The position numbers and the translations under genes are program-made. From Candidatus Cloacimonadales bacterium (GTDB taxonomy: Bacteria; Cloacimonadota; Cloacimonadia; Cloacimonadales; DAONDQ01), in contig OY759316.1 of assembly GCA_963662275.1 (NCBI GenBank), forward strand, positions 4,256,001-4,320,000: DNA of 64,000 bases. The letters are read 5' to 3'. The first letter of the stretch is position 1. Each line of letters starts with the position of its first letter. The notes under the pieces are model-generated. The model had not been told where the DNA came from, did not search any database, and saw nothing but the letters and a program-made list of their open reading frames with translations. Of the stretch, positions 59,755 to 64,000 are shown piece by piece.

Positions 59755-62073
59755 ATGAAGATTAGAAGTATTTTCACAATAACTTGTTTACTACTTTTTG
59801 TTTCTCTAGTTTTTTTAACAGGTTGCGACAAACGTAATGCTCCTATCGTGAAACCTGTCGTTCCTGCCAGTGAATTACTGCATATCGTAAATATTGCAGC
59901 TTCAGCAGATACAATCTATGCAGATAATGGAATTACTTTTTCCAATATTGCGGTTCTTGTTAAGGATCAGCAGAATTTTGCTGCCTCCGGAGTTGCTGTT
60001 TTATTTCGGACAAATCTTGGTGGTATTATCAGACAAGTCACTACAGATAGTTCAGGAATAGCAAAAACTACGTTCTATTCTCGTGCAGTAGCTGATACCG
60101 GTGTTGCAAGAGTTGAAGCCATTATTAAGAGTGCTACAACCGGTGCAACGATTGACTCAGTTTCAACTCTAATTCACATTATTCCAATTCCGCCAGTAAC
60201 AAATCTGACTTTAGAAATGAATTCTCATACAATGGTAGTTGATCAAACTGTCACACTTCGTTCTAAAGCTAAGAATATGCTTGGTGCGGACGTACCTGAT
60301 AACACTTATCTCACTTTTAGTGCTACGAGAGGTTACTTCCTCAATCTTGATGATACAATTAATGGTGATTCCATTATGGTAAAAACTTCGAATGGTACAG
60401 CGACTGTTCGCTATAATGCCGGTCCACTTTCGGGTCCAGGTGTCATCAAAGTTAGGATTGGTACGAAAATTACCACTCAGACTATCACGGTTAATCCTGG
60501 CAGACCTTCTAGTTTGTTTATGTCTTCTTATACCGTACATAATGGTATTCACACAGTCACAGATGAAAGCACAGTCAACAGCCCTGATTCTATTTTTGTC
60601 AGTGCCTTGGTATCTGATGTACATAACAATGTATGTCCAAATGCGCTTGTCCGTTTTGAAACATCACTAGGGACTTTTGTGAATACTAATAGCATTATGA
60701 GCAAGAATACGAATTCCTATGGTTTAGCTGATGTTCACTTCACACCTGGGCTGAGTTCAGGAAGTGCCACGATCAAAGGCTTTGCTAATGGTGATACTCT
60801 TACAACCCAGATTCTTTTTACAGTTACTTCAAACGAGATCTATTCTATTCAATTTGAAAATTCAGGACAGATCGATTTGAATGTGGCGCATACTGGTGGT
60901 ACTGAATCCGCAATTCTAAGAGTCAGGCTCTTCGATATTAATGGAAATCTAATTGATCGTCCAACTTGGGTTTATTTTGATCTTGTTGGAGATTCTCCTG
61001 AAGGAGCCAACCTGAATGGAGCGGCAACGGATTCTACCATTTCCAGTGGTGGTGTTGCCCAAGTTTCAGTGAATAGTGGTACAGAATCTGGTATTCTGAC
61101 AATTAAAGCTTATACAAAAAAAGCAGATGGTACCATAGGTGTTAATGCCACGAAAGCTAATATCGTTATTCACGCAGGACCGCCTTATCGAGTGATATTA
61201 AACATCGGTGCCTTTAATTCAGGAACTGCTGTAGGTGGTGGTTTATGGAAAATTATTGCAGAAGCAGTCGTAAAGGATTTCTATGGTAATCCTGTTGATT
61301 ATGGAACCAGCGTTTTCTTCTCATTACCTGATGCGCAGCCCAACCCGAATATCCTAGCTAGCTGCACAATCAAAGGTAATACTTATGTTGGGAATGTAAA
61401 TGCAGAAGGTGATTCAACAGCAGGTGTTGCTTATACGACCATTATATATAATGGTGTATTCACTTTTGAATTGGTTCGGATCATGGCAACGACACAGGCA
61501 AACGGTATTCCTGTAACTGGAACCGGTGATATGATTTTGCCTTTAAATCAACCGAATATTGAAACTTTGGTTACCCCGGCACATCTGGATTTCTTTACTC
61601 CACAAACTGCTGGAGATCAATATGTAACCGTCAGGATGGCACTTACAGATGGACAGGGCAATCCAATTCATCATGCGATTCTAACGCTATCTTCCACACG
61701 TGGATCATTCGTTTATGATCCAGGTACAAGTTTACAGTGGCCCAATCCGGGTGGACCCAATGATACACTTCATCCCAATGATCCTGAATATTGGAATAAA
61801 GTCGTAACGGATTGGTATGATGCCACCTGGCATGGAGTAGATGGTACAGGACACAATATTCCGGATAACAATTCAGATGGCTCCACAAACGGTTATGCGC
61901 AAGGGAAAATTAAGTTCAGGGCTTACGAAATTCCTAATGGTGATGTTCAAACGGGTACACCTGGTACTGTAGCGGTTACTGTAACAGCTACCTTATTGGG
62001 AACACAGGTTTCCGGTCAAACTACTTGTATTCTCCTGAAATATCCCTTCCCTCAACCAATACTTAGAATGTAA
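59755..62073 (+). CDS. Large lipoprotein with tandem bacterial Ig-like (invasin/Big_1-type) domains
   Basis: Lipobox LTGC; repeated 'V.D...N.V....V.F.T..G...T...G.A' units. Confidence 0.75.
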   Translation: MKIRSIFTITCLLLFVSLVFLTGCDKRNAPIVKPVVPASELLHIVNIAASADTIYADNGITFSNIAVLVKDQQNFAASGVAVLFRTNLGGIIRQVTTDSSGIAKTTFYSRAVADTGVARVEAIIKSATTGATIDSVSTLIHIIPIPPVTNLTLEMNSHTMVVDQTVTLRSKAKNMLGADVPDNTYLTFSATRGYFLNLDDTINGDSIMVKTSNGTATVRYNAGPLSGPGVIKVRIGTKITTQTITVNPGRPSSLFMSSYTVHNGIHTVTDESTVNSPDSIFVSALVSDVHNNVCPNALVRFETSLGTFVNTNSIMSKNTNSYGLADVHFTPGLSSGSATIKGFANGDTLTTQILFTVTSNEIYSIQFENSGQIDLNVAHTGGTESAILRVRLFDINGNLIDRPTWVYFDLVGDSPEGANLNGAATDSTISSGGVAQVSVNSGTESGILTIKAYTKKADGTIGVNATKANIVIHAGPPYRVILNIGAFNSGTAVGGGLWKIIAEAVVKDFYGNPVDYGTSVFFSLPDAQPNPNILASCTIKGNTYVGNVNAEGDSTAGVAYTTIIYNGVFTFELVRIMATTQANGIPVTGTGDMILPLNQPNIETLVTPAHLDFFTPQTAGDQYVTVRMALTDGQGNPIHHAILTLSSTRGSFVYDPGTSLQWPNPGGPNDTLHPNDPEYWNKVVTDWYDATWHGVDGTGHNIPDNNSDGSTNGYAQGKIKFRAYEIPNGDVQTGTPGTVAVTVTATLLGTQVSGQTTCILLKYPFPQPILRM

Positions 62074-62089
62074 GTATAAAGATTTGGGT

Positions 62090-62121
62090 AGTCCCGTATT
62101 ATTTGTAAATACGGGACTTTT
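62090..62121 (+). terminator. Probable intrinsic terminator between the Ig lipoprotein gene and pilB
   Basis: AGTCCCGTATT...AATACGGGACT followed by TTT. Confidence 0.65.
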
Positions 62122-62154
62122 CCCCAAAATTTAATTTAAAAAAGGATCTATTCT

Positions 62155-63849
62155 ATGACATTTAAACGTTTAGGTCAGATTCTGATTGATAAGAAGATTA
62201 TTGCCGAAGAGCAGCTTCGGGATGGATTGGCAAAGCAATCTAATTTTCGTATTAAAATCGGTGAAACGCTGATAAAATTAGGCTATCTGAATGAGAACGA
62301 TTTACTACTAGCCCTTAGTGAACAACTTGGGTATGAAATTGTTGATATGCAGGAATTGAGAGACTTGAATGTCAGTACCGTCGGATTAATTCCAGAGATG
62401 TTTGCAGTTGAAAACCGTGTTATCGCTGTTCGTGAAGGGAAAGATGGGTTGGTCGTTGCAATGACTGATCCGGAAAACATCGAAATTCTTGATAGTTTAA
62501 AAAAACTTCTTCAGAAGAATGTAAAACCCATTCTTATCGGTGAAAGCGCTTTAACAGATACAATGGAGAAATATTACAAGAGTATTCGTACAACTTCTCA
62601 AGTTGAAGATGCTGTTGGAAATTTTGATTTCGTTGCTATGGATGATGATGAGAATGAAATCAACATAGGTACCCAAGGTTCTGCTGATGCACCCGTCGTA
62701 AAACTGATCAACCTGATCATCACGGAAGCAATCAAAGCCGGAGCAACCGATATTCATATAGAACCTCTAACAAAGAATACTCGGATTAGATTCCGTGTTG
62801 ACGGCGCATTACGCGAAGTCATGAATCCACCAATTGGATTACACGCGGGATTGATTTCTATTGTAAAAGTTATGTCCAAATTGAATATTGCAGAAAGGCG
62901 TCTTCCCCAGGATGGTCACATTTCTCTAAAAACTCAAATGAAGAGCGTTGATGTTCGTGTATCTATTACACCGACAGTATTAGGGGAAAAGATAGTAATG
63001 CGTCTCTTGGATAAAGGCGATTTCGGATTCAAACTTCAGACACTTGGTTTTGAAGATGATGATATGGAAATCTTCAAACGTGTAATTCGCCGTCCCTATG
63101 GTATTATTATCGTTTCAGGACCTACCGGTAGTGGTAAATCAACCACTTTACATGCTGCTTTAAAAACGATCCAGGATATTGAAACGAATATCATTACTGT
63201 TGAAGACCCTGTTGAATATCGTCTCGATGGTATAACCCAGATTGAAACTAAAGAACAGATAGGTTTAACCTTTGGTTCAGCATTGCGCTCAGTCTTACGT
63301 CAAGATCCGGATATTGTTCTTATCGGTGAAATCCGCGACGAAGAAACCGCTGATATAGCGACCAAATTCTCTTTGACCGGTCATTTAGTTTTTAGTACGC
63401 TGCATGCTAATGATGCCCCTTCCACTGTTACTCGTCTGATTGATATTGGGATCAAGCCCTATTTGGTGGGATCTTCACTAAGTTTAGTGATGGCTCAAAG
63501 ACTGGTACGTAAAATATGTTCACATTGCAAGACAGACTATAAACCTTCGGCGGATGAACTGAGAGATGCCGGTATTTCTGCTGAGGATGCAAGCAAAATT
63601 CAATTCAAACATGGCATTGGCTGTGTTCATTGTGATAATACCGGTTATTCCGGAAGAACAGGTATCTTTGAAGTACTCATGGTTGATGCAGAAATTCGTA
63701 AGATCATCTATGATGGCGGAAACCAGGATCTTGTTCGGGAAGCCGCATTACGCAAAGGTATGCGTACATTGCACGATAGCGCTATTGTTAAGATGAAAAA
63801 GGGAATGACAACCTTAAGAGAAGTCATCAAGTTAACGATCGTGGAATAG
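62155..63849 (+). CDS. pilB: Type IV pilus extension ATPase PilB
   Basis: N-terminal RLGQIL/KIGETL MshEN-like repeats, GPTGSGKST, LRQDPD, CxxC...CxxC zinc motif. Confidence 0.93.
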   Translation: MTFKRLGQILIDKKIIAEEQLRDGLAKQSNFRIKIGETLIKLGYLNENDLLLALSEQLGYEIVDMQELRDLNVSTVGLIPEMFAVENRVIAVREGKDGLVVAMTDPENIEILDSLKKLLQKNVKPILIGESALTDTMEKYYKSIRTTSQVEDAVGNFDFVAMDDDENEINIGTQGSADAPVVKLINLIITEAIKAGATDIHIEPLTKNTRIRFRVDGALREVMNPPIGLHAGLISIVKVMSKLNIAERRLPQDGHISLKTQMKSVDVRVSITPTVLGEKIVMRLLDKGDFGFKLQTLGFEDDDMEIFKRVIRRPYGIIIVSGPTGSGKSTTLHAALKTIQDIETNIITVEDPVEYRLDGITQIETKEQIGLTFGSALRSVLRQDPDIVLIGEIRDEETADIATKFSLTGHLVFSTLHANDAPSTVTRLIDIGIKPYLVGSSLSLVMAQRLVRKICSHCKTDYKPSADELRDAGISAEDASKIQFKHGIGCVHCDNTGYSGRTGIFEVLMVDAEIRKIIYDGGNQDLVREAALRKGMRTLHDSAIVKMKKGMTTLREVIKLTIVE

Positions 63850-63885
63850 TCCGTTTCATTTCATAATAAAGTTAAAGGAAAGTAT

Positions 63886-64000
63886 ATGGCAGCATTTTCG
63901 TATATCATTCATGATGCGAAAGGAGCACGAGTCGAGGGGATGATGAAAGCTTCTTCACTCGATGAAGTGATTGATAAACTATCGAAAGATGGCGGTACGA
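63886..64000 (+). CDS. pilC: Platform protein PilC, 3'-partial
   Basis: MAAFSYIIHDAKGARVEGMMKASSLDEVIDKL, typical PilC N-terminus directly after pilB. Confidence 0.75.
   Translation, partial: MAAFSYIIHDAKGARVEGMMKASSLDEVIDKLSKDGGT

Overview
AT-rich bacterial chromosome segment, probably from an anaerobic Gram-negative of the Ca. Cloacimonadota type. This is inferred from five secreted proteins ending in a 'NYPNPFNP...YNxxGQxVxxL...WxGxD...SGxY' FlgD/T9SS-like tail, plus an [FeFe]-hydrogenase. The window starts in the 3' half of a group II intron. It continues through accessory secreted proteins, hydA, a PiT/DUF47 phosphate module, a tandem pair of FGE-fold genes, a CIRCE-controlled hrcA-grpE-dnaK-dnaJ-rsmE operon, tyrS, glnA, glyQ, a two-component/Trk K+ operon and a PPIase. 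It ends in a sigma54-type type IVa pilus cluster cut by the window edge. The most notable unexplained structure is non-coding. A 5.5-kb transposase-free segment (42893-48431) is bounded by 17-bp inverted repeats with flanking TA and carries two secreted-protein genes. Its terminal and subterminal motifs recur around the secreted gene at 1459-2277, suggesting a family of non-autonomous cargo islands. Intergenic regions also hold several REP-like families, C/G-run foldback elements with tandem internal units, and 11-bp-phased arrays. All calls come from motif reading only; no database searches were run.
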